Part shown: positions 9,881 to 18,614 of the stretch, piece by piece
Layout: the number at the start of each line of letters is the position of its first letter
Position numbering within the stretch: position 1 is the stretch's first letter
IMG/VR virus record: IMGVR_UViG_3300043137_000338
Origin: a virus
Strand: one strand, 5' to 3'
Length of the DNA: 64,000 nt
Made by a program: the position numbers and the translations under genes
The notes under the pieces: generated by a model
Told to the model about the DNA's origin: nothing
Databases searched by the model: none
Seen by the model: the letters and a program-made list of their open reading frames with translations, nothing else

Positions 9881-11056
9881 ATGAGTAAAATTGATAGCGT
9901 GTTTGCGGCTGCGTTCGAGGCTAAACTCTTTGAGTTGTTCCCCGACATCAAGACCAGTGGAACTGTCAAGAGTAAAGAAATCGTTGAAACGATGACTGCA
10001 CTGAATACCAAAAAGAGCCCGCATTGGCTGATGGTTAATCGGTTGTCGCGAGGCATCTATGCGATGCCTGACTCTTCTCCGGATACTACTCAAGAAGTAG
10101 TGGTTCGCATTAAGCCAGAACCACGCAAACCCGAAGTGCGCATTGAGTCGTTTGAAGTTGATTATTCGAATATCGAATCGCTCATTCCTCAGAGGGATCC
10201 GAATTTTGTTCCCTTTGGTAACTACGCAGACCTCGAGAACATTGTCAAGTCTGGTATTTTCTATCCTTGCTACATCAGCGGTCCGACCGGTAACGGTAAG
10301 TCCACCATGATCGAGCAAATTTGCGCCAAGCACAAGCGTCCTCTGATTCGAGTTAACTTGAATATGATGACCGATGAGGAACAACTCATCGGCTCCAAGA
10401 CTCTCGTCGACGGCAACGTGCAGATCGTCGAAGGTCCGGTGCTTATTGCAATGCGCAATGGTACTGCTCTCTTGCTGGATGAAATTGATGCTGGTGCAGC
10501 AAACACTACGCTTTGCCTGCAATCTATCTTGGAAGGTAAGCCATACTACTTCAAGCTGAAGAACGAGATGATCGTTCCTACTCCTGGCTTCAATATCTTT
10601 GCAACTGCAAATACCAAGGGTAAGGGTTCTGACGATGGTCGTTATATCGGTACTAACGTTCTGAACGAAGCATTCTTGGAGCGTTTCGCTGTTACCTTCG
10701 AGCAGGAATATCCCTCTGCTCGGGTAGAAATCAAAATCATTAAGAACCTTATGCAATCTTTCGGATGTGTTGACGATGAGTTCGCAGAGACGCTCGTTAA
10801 GTGGGCTGACGCAATTCGCCGCACTTTCGAGGACGGTGGTGTTGATGAGACGATCACAACTCGCCGTATGATTCATATTGTTCGCGCATATGCGATCTTC
10901 AAGAATCGTGCTAAGGCAATCGAACTGTGCTGCAATCGGTTTGATGCTGCGACTAAGATCGCGTTTAAAGATCTGTTCGAGAAGGTTTCCACACCAGATG
11001 AAACCGATCCTGTGCAAAATCCGATGGAAGCGTCGACCGACGAGGTTCCGTTCTGA
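9881..11056 (+). CDS. MoxR/CobS-like AAA+ ATPase
   Basis: Walker A SGPTGNGKST, Walker B LLLDEID, sensor region; ATG at 9881 with GGAG spacing chosen over the track's 9818 start, which lies upstream of the promoter -10. Confidence 0.7.
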   Translation: MSKIDSVFAAAFEAKLFELFPDIKTSGTVKSKEIVETMTALNTKKSPHWLMVNRLSRGIYAMPDSSPDTTQEVVVRIKPEPRKPEVRIESFEVDYSNIESLIPQRDPNFVPFGNYADLENIVKSGIFYPCYISGPTGNGKSTMIEQICAKHKRPLIRVNLNMMTDEEQLIGSKTLVDGNVQIVEGPVLIAMRNGTALLLDEIDAGAANTTLCLQSILEGKPYYFKLKNEMIVPTPGFNIFATANTKGKGSDDGRYIGTNVLNEAFLERFAVTFEQEYPSARVEIKIIKNLMQSFGCVDDEFAETLVKWADAIRRTFEDGGVDETITTRRMIHIVRAYAIFKNRAKAIELCCNRFDAATKIAFKDLFEKVSTPDETDPVQNPMEASTDEVPF

Positions 11057-11058
11057 TA

Positions 11059-11077
11059 ACCCTACAGACCGTAGGGT
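11059..11077 (+). terminator. hairpin ACCCTACAGACCGTAGGGT (cassette copy 3)
   Basis: Same hairpin as 7425, followed by CTTTACG. Confidence 0.55.
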
Positions 11078-11091
11078 CTTTACGATATCGC

Positions 11092-11120
11092 TTGACTTTA
11101 ATTCACTAATGCGGTATAAT
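11092..11120 (+). promoter_or_regulatory. early promoter TTGACTTTAATTCA..N..TATAAT
   Basis: -35 11092-11097, -10 TATAAT 11115-11120. Confidence 0.65.
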
Positions 11121-11149
11121 TATTTACAAACTTGAAAAGGAAATATATT

Positions 11150-11668
11150 ATGTTGAATTTCGCTGACCTGACCATGGCTCAAAAGAAGCTGATCGTTGCT
11201 TACATCGAGCACACTCCCTCTATTAAGACCAATCCCGAAGTGACGCTCAAACTGGTCCATGCCATCTTTATGGACCTGGCTGAAAAGCGTGAATCTGGGG
11301 GCGTCAAAGTTGGTTACCCGAACTGGCTGTTCCCGACGAATAAGATTTCCCGTGGCTTGTATCAGCTGCCAGTTCCCACTGATGCCGAGCTGTCTCAGTA
11401 CGCTCAGGATTGTGCCGGCAAGTCTGTTAAGGCTCCGAAGGCAGTGGTCGTGAAGGTACCCAAGGCTCCGAAGGTCGTAGTCGCCAAGACTCCCAAGGCA
11501 CCGAAAGCACCTAAGGCACCGAAGGTTGTGCCTGCTACGGAATCTGAGGATGCTCCCGTCGTTAAGAACAAGAATCGTCTCATCGACGCTATCGGTGAGT
11601 CGGCTGCCTACGACGAAGATCTTGAAGACTTCAACGCTATTCTTCGCACTCACGGTATTGAACTTTAA
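11150..11668 (+). CDS. basic protein with (K)APK tandem repeats (histone H1/AlgP-like tail)
   Basis: ATG 11150 preceded by AAAAGGA; repeats VKAPKAVVVKVPKAPKVVVAKTPKAPKAPKAPKVVPA. Confidence 0.55.
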   Translation: MLNFADLTMAQKKLIVAYIEHTPSIKTNPEVTLKLVHAIFMDLAEKRESGGVKVGYPNWLFPTNKISRGLYQLPVPTDAELSQYAQDCAGKSVKAPKAVVVKVPKAPKVVVAKTPKAPKAPKAPKVVPATESEDAPVVKNKNRLIDAIGESAAYDEDLEDFNAILRTHGIEL

Positions 11669-11732
11669 TTATGCGTATGCAGGGGATCCATCTCTCCTGC
11701 ATATTTTATCACTTGATGGACAAGGAAACTAT

Positions 11733-11978
11733 ATGAACTCAAAGCAAGAACTTTTTAGCTATCTAAACACCGGCTCTAGCATCACTGCCAGCCAAATTTC
11801 ACTTTTCTTTGGACTGAAGAACCCTCATGGCGCAATCCATCAATTGCGCGGCGAGGGTCATTGCATTTACAGCAATAAAACTTCTCAGGGTACTGTTAAG
11901 TATCGCATTGGAAAGCCCAGTAAGCGTATGGTCCGCGTGGTCCATGCTGGTCTTGGTACTTATCTTTTCACTGCCTGA
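11733..11978 (+). CDS. small putative DNA-binding protein
   Basis: ATG 11733 preceded by AAGGAAAC; an upstream hairpin GCAGGGGATCCATCTCTCCTGC then ATATTTTAT acts as a terminator for the previous gene; the track ORF 11526..11978 is an out-of-frame extension. Confidence 0.4.
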   Translation: MNSKQELFSYLNTGSSITASQISLFFGLKNPHGAIHQLRGEGHCIYSNKTSQGTVKYRIGKPSKRMVRVVHAGLGTYLFTA

Positions 11979-11983
11979 TAATT

Positions 11984-12328
11984 ATGGCTACTGTAGATGA
12001 CATTAAAGCATCTCAGCTAGCCACTAGCGGTGGGCGAAAGTTTGACGGCGGTAAACTCCGTTATGGTTTGATCCCACCGCTAGCCATGGCAGAGATGGTT
12101 AAGGTTCTCACATTTGGTGCTGAGAAATATGAACCAGACAATTGGAAAGTTGTGCCGGATTCTTTGACTCGATATTTCGATGCAATGGAACGTCATATCT
12201 GGGCGTGGAAAATGGGCGAGGATCTAGATCCAGAATCTGGAATCCATCACCTGGCTCATGCTATGTGTTGTTTGGCTTTCTTGTATGAACATGACGTTTT
12301 ATACTCAAAGGAACCTACTTGTGATTAA
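11984..12328 (+). CDS. MazG-like / DUF550-type nucleotide pyrophosphohydrolase
   Basis: Motifs FDGGKLRYGLIPP and FGAEKYEPDNW typical of phage dNTP pyrophosphohydrolase N-domains (remembered family, not searched). Confidence 0.45.
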   Translation: MATVDDIKASQLATSGGRKFDGGKLRYGLIPPLAMAEMVKVLTFGAEKYEPDNWKVVPDSLTRYFDAMERHIWAWKMGEDLDPESGIHHLAHAMCCLAFLYEHDVLYSKEPTCD

Positions 12329-12329
12329 A

Positions 12330-12497
12330 ATGCTAGTTACATTCATTTGTCTCTGTATTATTTTCTATACTGGGATTGACCTATTTCGTAAATTTTCTAA
12401 CAAAGAACGTTGGAATATCATGAAAACTGCTGCGTATAGTTCGGGTATTGCTGTTCTTGTTGTTTGCTTTTTGTCTATTATTGTTATTTTGTTCTGA
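12330..12497 (+). CDS. small membrane protein
   Basis: 55 aa, two hydrophobic helices; ATG 12330. Confidence 0.4.
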   Translation: MLVTFICLCIIFYTGIDLFRKFSNKERWNIMKTAAYSSGIAVLVVCFLSIIVILF

Positions 12498-12506
12498 AAG
12501 ATTATT

Positions 12507-13304
12507 ATGAATACTTATTTTAAAATTACTGCTGTCGTTGCTGCCCTGGCTCTTGTCACTGGCTGCACCCGTATCGAAACTGGTGAAGTTGGAGTCCGAG
12601 TTGGCTTTGACAAGCAGGTCCAGAGTGGCGAACTGTTGCCTGGATCATTTAATCAGGTGCTGATTGGTGATGTGCTAACGTTTCCTGTCAAGGATGTTAA
12701 TGTCCAGTTGAGCGATATGATGCCGGTTACTTCTGACAATTCTACTATGAAGGACTTTGATGCAGTGGTTGTTTACAACATCAATCCACAAAAAGTGGCT
12801 GAACTGTATTCGACTAAGAACAAAGCATTTCACTCAGAGTTCAAAGGTGACATCTATGTGATGTATAACTACATTGTTCAAAATGCACGTAATGCTATCT
12901 ACAAGGCAGCACGAAAGTACGAAGCACTGGAAATGGCAGACAAGCGTAATGAAATGGAAAGGTTTATTCAAGACGAGATTGTGCGTAACCTGACTGAAGA
13001 AAAGTTGGACGGTTCTATCACTATCAGCCAAGTTTTGATCCGTAACGTAGTTCCCGCAGATTCGGTTGTAGCAAGCTCAAATGAATTGGTCAAGGCTAAG
13101 AACGAACTGAAGCGAAAGGAAGTTGAAGTCAAGACGGCTGAAGCTGAAAGCCGTCGTATGGCAGCACTGGCTAACAACAGCGGTAGTTCTATTGCATTCA
13201 TGCAAGCGCAAGCTATGTTGAACATCTCTGAGGGTATCAAAGCTGGTAAGGTTCAAACTATTGTCGTTCCTAGCAACTTCAATGCACTAATGATGAATAA
13301 GTAA
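12507..13304 (+). CDS. SPFH/band-7 (stomatin/prohibitin-like) lipoprotein
   Basis: Signal peptide with lipobox LVTGC, then an SPFH-like fold with C-terminal coiled coil KAKNELKRKEVEVKTAEAE. Confidence 0.55.
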   Translation: MNTYFKITAVVAALALVTGCTRIETGEVGVRVGFDKQVQSGELLPGSFNQVLIGDVLTFPVKDVNVQLSDMMPVTSDNSTMKDFDAVVVYNINPQKVAELYSTKNKAFHSEFKGDIYVMYNYIVQNARNAIYKAARKYEALEMADKRNEMERFIQDEIVRNLTEEKLDGSITISQVLIRNVVPADSVVASSNELVKAKNELKRKEVEVKTAEAESRRMAALANNSGSSIAFMQAQAMLNISEGIKAGKVQTIVVPSNFNALMMNK

Positions 13305-13317
13305 GAAAGGTAAAATT

Positions 13318-13668
13318 ATGGATTCAGTAAAAATTGATGTGAAGCAACTACTCTCACATCTCATCACAAATCGTGCTAAGCACGTCGTAGACTTCGAAGA
13401 AGCTATGGTTGGATACCGCAAGGCACTGATTGATGCTCTAAATGCAAAATTGAAAGCTGCTAAGAAAGAAGAAGACGTTGAGCATGCTATTCGTGTCGTT
13501 CGCCCAGTATCTTACCTTGAGCACTATGACGAAGCTATCTCTATGCTAGAGTGGACTACTCAGTCTGAAGTGGAACTCGACCGTCTAGAATTCAAGCAGT
13601 ATGTTCTAGACGAGTGGTCTTGGAAACGATCATTCGCAGAAATTTCTGCATCTTACAAATCTAACTAA
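13318..13668 (+). CDS. hypothetical protein
   Basis: ORF with RBS; no motif. Confidence 0.4.
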   Translation: MDSVKIDVKQLLSHLITNRAKHVVDFEEAMVGYRKALIDALNAKLKAAKKEEDVEHAIRVVRPVSYLEHYDEAISMLEWTTQSEVELDRLEFKQYVLDEWSWKRSFAEISASYKSN

Positions 13669-13733
13669 AATAAATTTGCCCCATACTCAGTTCTGGGGTA
13701 TAATTCATCTATCTTTCATTATTAAGGAAACCT

Positions 13734-14396
13734 ATGAAACTATCTAAAGACACCCTAGCCATTTTTAAGAACTTCGCTTCCATCAACAGCAATATCCTGT
13801 TGAAGCCAGGAACGAAGTTGTCAACCATTTCAGCAATGAAGAACGTCATGTCCGATGTTACCATTGCTGAAACTATCCCATCTGAAATTGGTATCTACGA
13901 CCTGAATGAATTCTTGGGTGCAATGTCACTGTTCAGTGACCCTGAACTCGATTTTGCAGAGAAGTATATCAACATCAAAGAGGGTGATGCCAATATCAAG
14001 TTCTATGGTGCGGATGCTTCTGTCTTGACTGTTCCTAGCAAGAGCATCACTTTCCCTGCCAGCGACGTTGACTTTACCTTGACCGCAGCTATGCTAGATA
14101 TGATCCGCCGCACTGCATCTGTTCTTCGCGCTGAAGATTTGTCCATCGTTGGTGACAGTGCTCGCTTGATGCTTCAAGTCGGAGACAAGAAGAATGCAAC
14201 TGGTAACAACTACAACAAGTTGGTTGGAACTACCGATAAATCTTTCCATGTAAACTTGAAGGTTGAAAACCTGAAGATGTTGGCAGGTGACTACGCAGTT
14301 AGCATCTCTAGCAAGAAAATCTCTAGGTTCAAAAGCGTCTCCACTGATTTGGTTTACTACGTAGCTGTTGAGGCAGATTCAACGTTTGACGCTTAA
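13734..14396 (+). CDS. 45: sliding clamp gp45
   Basis: N-terminus MKLSKDT..FKNFASINSNILLKPG nearly identical to T4 gp45 MKLSKDTTALLKNFATINSGIMLKSG; 220 aa. Confidence 0.9.
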   Translation: MKLSKDTLAIFKNFASINSNILLKPGTKLSTISAMKNVMSDVTIAETIPSEIGIYDLNEFLGAMSLFSDPELDFAEKYINIKEGDANIKFYGADASVLTVPSKSITFPASDVDFTLTAAMLDMIRRTASVLRAEDLSIVGDSARLMLQVGDKKNATGNNYNKLVGTTDKSFHVNLKVENLKMLAGDYAVSISSKKISRFKSVSTDLVYYVAVEADSTFDA

Positions 14397-14415
14397 TAAT
14401 TTTTAGACCATTTAT

Positions 14416-14448
14416 GGAGGTTCAATATTGAACCTCCAATTTTTATTA
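14416..14448 (+). terminator. intrinsic terminator GGAGGTTCAATATTGAACCTCC + AATTTTTATTAT
   Basis: 10-bp perfect stem followed by a T-rich tract, between genes 45 and 44. Confidence 0.6.
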
Positions 14449-14462
14449 TGATAGGGTAAGTT

Positions 14463-15413
14463 ATGGAAAATCGTGAAGACCAATTCTTGTGGTGTGAGAA
14501 ATATCGCCCACAGAAGATTAATGACTGTGTTCTGCCGGAATCTCTGAAGAAGACCTTCCGCGAATATGTAGAATCTGGGAACATCCCAAACTTTCTATTC
14601 ACTGGCGGAGCAGGTGTTGGTAAAACCACTGTAGCTAAAGCACTATGTAATGAGATTGGTGCTGAGTACCTGCTCATCAACGGCTCTGATGAAGGTCGTC
14701 ACATTGAAACTGTTCGTCTGAAGATTAAACAGTTTGCCTCCACTGTTTCTCTGACTGATGCTAAGAAAGTTATCATCATGGACGAGGCAGATTATATGAA
14801 TGCCGAAAGCGTTCAACCTGCTTTGCGTGCATTTATTGAAGAGTTTAGCAACAATTGCCGGTTCATCTTTACTTGTAACTTCAAGAACAAGATCATTGCG
14901 CCATTGCATTCTCGTTGTTCTGTCATCGACTTTAAGATTGACGCTGCCGACAAACCTAAGATTGCTTCTAACTTCTATCGTCGCATTGTAGAAATTCTAA
15001 ACAACGAGAACGTCACCTTTGATCAGAAGGTTGTCGCTGAACTTGTCACGAAACACTTCCCAGACTTCCGCCGTATTCTGAACGAGCTTCAGAGGTACTC
15101 GGTTTCTGGTACGATTGATACTGGTATCCTTATCAATCTCGGTGAAGAATCCTTCAAGGAACTGCTCAAGTATATGAAGGAAAAGAACTTCACTGAAGTG
15201 CGCAAGTGGGTTGCCAAGAATAGTGAAGGAGATTCTGCTGCATTGTTCCGTGAGTTTTATGATAAAGCGTTGACTATCATTGAGCCAGCGGGTATTCCTA
15301 CTCTGGTAGTTACCCTTGGTGAATACCAATACAAGGCAGCATTCGTGGCAGACCAAGAAATCAATATCATGGCAGCTATGACTGAGATCATGGCAACTTG
15401 TAAGTTCAAATAA
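14463..15413 (+). CDS. 44: clamp loader large subunit gp44
   Basis: EKYRPQKINDCVLPE and Walker A TGGAGVGKTT, SRC motif HSRCSVIDF; 316 aa against 319 aa in T4. Confidence 0.9.
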   Translation: MENREDQFLWCEKYRPQKINDCVLPESLKKTFREYVESGNIPNFLFTGGAGVGKTTVAKALCNEIGAEYLLINGSDEGRHIETVRLKIKQFASTVSLTDAKKVIIMDEADYMNAESVQPALRAFIEEFSNNCRFIFTCNFKNKIIAPLHSRCSVIDFKIDAADKPKIASNFYRRIVEILNNENVTFDQKVVAELVTKHFPDFRRILNELQRYSVSGTIDTGILINLGEESFKELLKYMKEKNFTEVRKWVAKNSEGDSAALFREFYDKALTIIEPAGIPTLVVTLGEYQYKAAFVADQEINIMAAMTEIMATCKFK

Positions 15414-15417
15414 GTAT

Positions 15418-15738
15418 ATGGAAATCATTCTAGCTTCCATTGTTGCATTTGGCGTTGGCTGGCTTCTTCGTGAGGCATACGCTGTTTATAGAATAAACTC
15501 TCTTATAAATAAGCTAGAATCAGTTGAAGAAAATGAAGAAGCTATACCTCAAGAAGTTTTTCGTATAATTATAGAAAAGCATAATGATATTTTCTTCTGT
15601 TATAGCGCAGAAGATGGCGCGTTTATGGCTCAAGGTAATACTCGAGAAGAATTAGAGGAACACCTTAGAGAGCTTTATCCACATGTAATTATGTTTGGAG
15701 CATCCAATGATAACTTAGAGAATGTGGGATTTAAATGA
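15418..15738 (+). CDS. hypothetical small membrane-anchored protein (inserted between 44 and 62)
   Basis: N-terminal TM helix; not present at this position in T4. Confidence 0.4.
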   Translation: MEIILASIVAFGVGWLLREAYAVYRINSLINKLESVEENEEAIPQEVFRIIIEKHNDIFFCYSAEDGAFMAQGNTREELEEHLRELYPHVIMFGASNDNLENVGFK

Positions 15739-16118
15739 AACCCTTTGACTTTATTAATGCCATAAATACGTCCAAGAAGGATTTGTTTCTAGAGGATCCC
15801 CTTGTCGCTAAGAAAGCATATAGCCCTTGGGTAGTTAATCTCGGATTGTCGTTTTACCATGATACGATCTTTCATGTCAATGAAATGAATAGATTACATC
15901 ACCTTGATAAAGAAAATCAATTTCAATATTTACTAAATAGTATACCTAAAGGGAAACGTTGGAGTGCTTGGCATAAAAAAGACAAGAACTCTGATGATTT
16001 AAACTTGGTTATGGAATATTATGGTTATTCCATCGAAAAGGCGAAAGGTGCTTTAAAAGTTCTTTCGAGTGATCAACTAAAAGTAATAAAAGAAAAACTA
16101 TATAAAGGTGGAAAATGA
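15735..16118 (+). CDS. 62: clamp loader small subunit gp62 (shortened)
   Basis: NSIPKGKRWSAWHK aligns with T4 gp62 AAVPRGKRYGKWAK; 127 aa against 187 aa in T4. Confidence 0.6.
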   Translation: MKPFDFINAINTSKKDLFLEDPLVAKKAYSPWVVNLGLSFYHDTIFHVNEMNRLHHLDKENQFQYLLNSIPKGKRWSAWHKKDKNSDDLNLVMEYYGYSIEKAKGALKVLSSDQLKVIKEKLYKGGK

Positions 16119-16555
16119 CTATCGAAATGATCTACTACGACTGGAAACAAGATTCCATGTTAGAGATTATTCTTCCCGAACCTGACAACTTTTTGAAGGT
16201 TCGTGAAACTCTAACTAGAATCGGAATTGCTTCCAGAAAAGAAAATACATTATACCAATCTTGTCATATCTTACATAAACAAGGTAGGTATTTCATTGTA
16301 CACTTTAAAGAATTGTTTGCTTTAGACGGCAAAGAATCGAACATTTCTTTAGAGGATATCGAGCGTAGAAATGCCATTGCAACTCTGCTTCAGGACTGGG
16401 ATCTTCTAAAGATCGTAGTTGCTGCCAAGGCAGAACCAAAAGCATCTATGTCTCAAATTAAGGTCGTCTCCTATAAAGAGAAGGCAAATTGGCAACTAGT
16501 GCCTAAATATAACATAGGTTCTAAGAAAACTAAATTAGAGGTGAAAAATGATTAA
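16115..16555 (+). CDS. regA: translational repressor RegA
   Basis: PDNFLKVRETLTRIGIASRKENTLYQSCHILHKQGRYFIVHFKE nearly identical to T4 RegA; ..QLVPKYNIG.. conserved. Confidence 0.9.
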   Translation: MTIEMIYYDWKQDSMLEIILPEPDNFLKVRETLTRIGIASRKENTLYQSCHILHKQGRYFIVHFKELFALDGKESNISLEDIERRNAIATLLQDWDLLKIVVAAKAEPKASMSQIKVVSYKEKANWQLVPKYNIGSKKTKLEVKND

Positions 16556-16736
16556 TTTGAATTTGAGTATTGATGAGTGTAATGTTATTCTTCGCTCATT
16601 GGGTAAGGGTTCTTTTGAAGAAGTCGCAGGGCTAATCAATAAGATCAAATCTCAGGGAGAAGCCCAGATTGCAGAAATGGAACAGAAAGCTATGGCAGCT
16701 GATCCAAACGTCATCACAGACGTTCCTACTGAATAA
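16548..16736 (+). CDS. small hypothetical protein
   Basis: 62 aa ORF coupled to regA. Confidence 0.35.
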   Translation: MINLNLSIDECNVILRSLGKGSFEEVAGLINKIKSQGEAQIAEMEQKAMAADPNVITDVPTE

Positions 16737-16966
16737 AATTTCCTCGGGATGGGAAGCTAGGCTGACATCCTAGTAAATATCTGTCAAGATCCACCTTAGG
16801 ACCGTTCGGCGTCAACGGTCAAAGATTTATAGAGGTTTCTATATTTCTTAGGCGCTCGAGCAATTGAACTGCCTCTCGTCAGTAGGCGCTGGATAAAGTA
16901 ACCAGCATTTCACTAACCGCTATGCCTTCGGGATAGCAAATTTAACTCGCTAAATAGGAGAAAACT

Positions 16967-17476
16967 ATGACTGATTTCAACATCGGTAAAATCGCATTTG
17001 GTCCAGCATTCAAGGACTTCGACAGATTCTTCGTAGGGTTTGACGATCAAGTGCATCGCATGCAGAAAATTCATGACGATATCACTAAAAATATCCCCAA
17101 CTATCCTCCATATAACATTCGCAAGAATGGGGAGAACTCTTACACCATTGAAATTGCTGTTGCTGGTTTCGCACAAAACGAGATCGACATCGAGATCGAC
17201 GGAGGTAAGTTGATTGTTAAGGGTAACGTTGCATCGACAGACCCAGAAGATAACTTCTTATTCAAAGGTATTGCTACTCGTGCGTTCACACGTGCGTTTG
17301 CTATCGATGATCAAATCGAAGTTAAAAATGCAGAGCTATTCAATGGTATGCTGAAAATCGCTCTGGAGAGATTTATTCCAGAAGAAAAGAAACCAAAGAA
17401 AATCCCTGTGACTTCTAAAGGTCAAAAACGATTTTTAACTGAGGATGAAAAAGATGAACTGGCTGGCAGACTTTAA
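16967..17476 (+). CDS. small heat-shock protein (Hsp20/alpha-crystallin, IbpA-like)
   Basis: PPYNI..YTIEIAVAGFAQNEIDIE..LIVKG..FLFKGIATRAFTRAFAI..VKNAELFNGMLKIALERFIPEEKKP closely parallels E. coli IbpA (PPYNV..[60 protein letters not shown]). Confidence 0.85.
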   Translation: MTDFNIGKIAFGPAFKDFDRFFVGFDDQVHRMQKIHDDITKNIPNYPPYNIRKNGENSYTIEIAVAGFAQNEIDIEIDGGKLIVKGNVASTDPEDNFLFKGIATRAFTRAFAIDDQIEVKNAELFNGMLKIALERFIPEEKKPKKIPVTSKGQKRFLTEDEKDELAGRL

Positions 17477-17570
17477 TCGTTGGCTTTCTGCTTTTAGGAA
17501 GTATAAAAAAGGGAAAGTTAAATGATTAGGTAATCATAAACATGGGGTCTTCGGACCCCTAAATAATTTT

Positions 17571-17777
17571 ATGATGAAACCTAAATCCCACCAAAACCTA
17601 GTCTCCTTCGTTCCAGTTAGGAGGAATAATTGGGTCATTAAGGTTTCTGTTTTTAAGAATAAAAATGTTTTGGTAGTATCCAGACATTATTTTGATCTAG
17701 ATAAGGTTGAGGTTTATTTCTTTCCCGATCAAGATCTAGCTGCTGATTATATTGAACAACTTGCTGAAAGAGAATAA
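17571..17777 (+). CDS. hypothetical protein
   Basis: ORF only. Confidence 0.3.
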   Translation: MMKPKSHQNLVSFVPVRRNNWVIKVSVFKNKNVLVVSRHYFDLDKVEVYFFPDQDLAADYIEQLAERE

Positions 17778-18071
17778 ATGATTAGAATTTTTAAATTGAT
17801 TACTGGCGAAGAAATTATTAGTAAAGTTACTAGTGGGTCAGAGATTGGATACCATTTAGATAATCCTGCTTCTGTTTTAGTTAAACAAACTAATTCCGGA
17901 ATGGGTATTGCCTTAGCCCCATTCTTACCATATACTAAAGAAGATTTGTATTTATTTAAACATTCAATTGCATTGGAAGGTACTGCCGACGATCAATTAG
18001 CCAATGAATATAATCGTATCTTCGGATCTGGTATCGTTGTAGCTCCTGCGTCTGCCCTGTATACGGGCTAA
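17778..18071 (+). CDS. hypothetical protein
   Basis: ORF only. Confidence 0.3.
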   Translation: MIRIFKLITGEEIISKVTSGSEIGYHLDNPASVLVKQTNSGMGIALAPFLPYTKEDLYLFKHSIALEGTADDQLANEYNRIFGSGIVVAPASALYTG

Positions 18072-18101
18072 CTATGTAGGCTCTCCATACAAGACTACAA
18101 G

Positions 18102-18125
18102 ACCCTACTGAGTGTAGGGTTTTTG
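18102..18125 (+). terminator. hairpin ACCCTACTGAGTGTAGGGT + TTTTT (cassette copy 4)
   Basis: Inverted repeat plus T-run. Confidence 0.6.
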
Positions 18126-18135
18126 CATTTGCGCG

Positions 18136-18164
18136 TTGACTTTAATTCACATCCGCGGTATAAT
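18136..18164 (+). promoter_or_regulatory. early promoter TTGACTTTAATTCA..N..TATAAT
   Basis: -35 18136-18141, -10 18159-18164. Confidence 0.65.
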
Positions 18165-18193
18165 AGCTGTATGATGAGTAAAAAGGAAACGAA

Positions 18194-18430
18194 ATGCAAG
18201 TTGGTAACGTGATCAAGTCCTACGATTTCAACGGTGTTGACAGCTGCTACATGATTGGCAAGATCGTCTCGATCTCTGAGATGGACCGCACGGTTCGCTG
18301 CGAATTCATGGCTCGCGTTTTTGATGATGAAGAAGTCAAGAAAAAGAATCCTGACTTCTTCGTCGCTCCTCTCAACGGCGAAATGTTCAACGATAAACCC
18401 GAGTTCCCGCGTCTCGTCGTGATCGCTTGA
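18194..18430 (+). CDS. hypothetical protein
   Basis: ORF with AAAAGGAAAC RBS. Confidence 0.4.
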   Translation: MQVGNVIKSYDFNGVDSCYMIGKIVSISEMDRTVRCEFMARVFDDEEVKKKNPDFFVAPLNGEMFNDKPEFPRLVVIA

Positions 18431-18431
18431 T

Positions 18432-18614
18432 ATGAAAGCATTTCAAGAAACTACCAAAGACTGGCGAGTTCCAGTCCCGAATCATATCTATTACTTGACT
18501 GACGATAAGAAACGACTGATTGCTTTCTATAACGTCGTCACTAAAACCGTGAAGAAGTTCTCTAAGCCTATGCATTTTGATACTAAGTATCGTACTTTCA
18601 AGGAACTGAAATGA
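18432..18614 (+). CDS. hypothetical protein
   Basis: ORF only. Confidence 0.3.
   Translation: MKAFQETTKDWRVPVPNHIYYLTDDKKRLIAFYNVVTKTVKKFSKPMHFDTKYRTFKELK

Noticed and set aside
9833-11017. 394-aa minus-strand ORF antisense to the MoxR ATPase gene
   Set aside because: The sense strand carries clear Walker A/B motifs, a promoter and an RBS; the antisense ORF has no start context and an odd composition.
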